Program-made: the position numbers and the translations under genes
Shown: positions 63,383-64,000 of the stretch, piece after piece
Layout of the letters: each line of letters opens with the position of its first letter
How positions within the stretch are numbered: position 1 is the stretch's first letter
The notes under the pieces: model-generated
The model's database searches: none
What the model was told of the DNA's origin: nothing
What the model saw: only the letters and a program-made list of their open reading frames with translations
DNA from: Daphnia carinata
Lineage: Eukaryota
DNA length: 64,000 bases
NCBI RefSeq assembly: GCF_022539665.2
Contig: NC_081331.1
Coordinates: forward strand, 2,108,001-2,172,000
Direction of reading: 5' to 3'

Positions 63383-64000
63383 TTATTTTTTTTCACTAGC
63401 GATCAAGGCAAAAATATTGTTTTCCTGCAAATCGAGAAGCAATTTTTGGTTATAGAATATATTAACTCACACACTCCAGTTAAAATTCAGGGCTCTAATA
63501 TGACGTAGGCCTATTACATACACAGATAGGTAATGCAAAGCAGTCGAAACTGACACAAACTAGTAGTTTCCACGGTGCTGGTTGAAAAACGACTGACCAA
63601 TGCCTTTTTCCAATCAAGCCACTCAGTTCTCCAGCGTATCGTTTTATAAAAACCTGTACGAGCAGTAAAATGGATCCCACCTGATATGCACTCAGAAAGA
63701 GAACAGCGCTGGACTAAGAATAGAAATACAACAAAAAAGCTAACACGGCGGGTCAGATATCCTCTAGTGATATTCTCTCTTTTTCATGAAAAAATATTTG
63801 GTTGATCCAACAATTATTTTTCAAACTTTTTTAAGCTAGTAAAAAAAGGAACAAAAAAAGTGAACAACCGGTTGCTATCTGGGGCAACCTCGTCGTTCAG
63901 GACAGAACATTCAACTTGTGAACTTTCAGCCGTGTTCCCTTATAATTTTTACGGACAGAACGAATATTTGTTATTTAACTCAAGAGAGTGTTCCACGTGC

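Overview
Gene-dense eukaryotic genomic DNA with short (mostly 55-100 nt) GT-AG introns; protein sequences and intron style suggest an arthropod, probably a Daphnia-like crustacean (inference). Fifteen spliced protein-coding genes are recognisable: CtBP, MAEA, TRC8/RNF139, muscle myosin regulatory light chain, SRP68, BiP, alpha-tubulin, METTL6, Roquin, FAM102A/EEIG1, a class A GPCR, Fe65/APBB, a fatty acyl-CoA reductase, COQ3 and COQ10. Main signals beyond the ORF track: (1) five intronic C/D-box snoRNAs in METTL6 and its chain of non-coding 3' exons, several resembling the set hosted by vertebrate GAS5 (U80, U44, U76, possibly U77); (2) a ~1.7 kb foldback with ~478 bp near-perfect arms around three degenerate tRNA-like Pol III modules, nested in a ~5 kb segment bounded by another inverted repeat with CTCF-like motifs; (3) two perfect ERSE elements between head-to-head SRP68 and BiP; (4) tail-to-tail COQ3/COQ10. 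Exon boundaries were read by eye, and family and rRNA assignments come from recall, not database searches.
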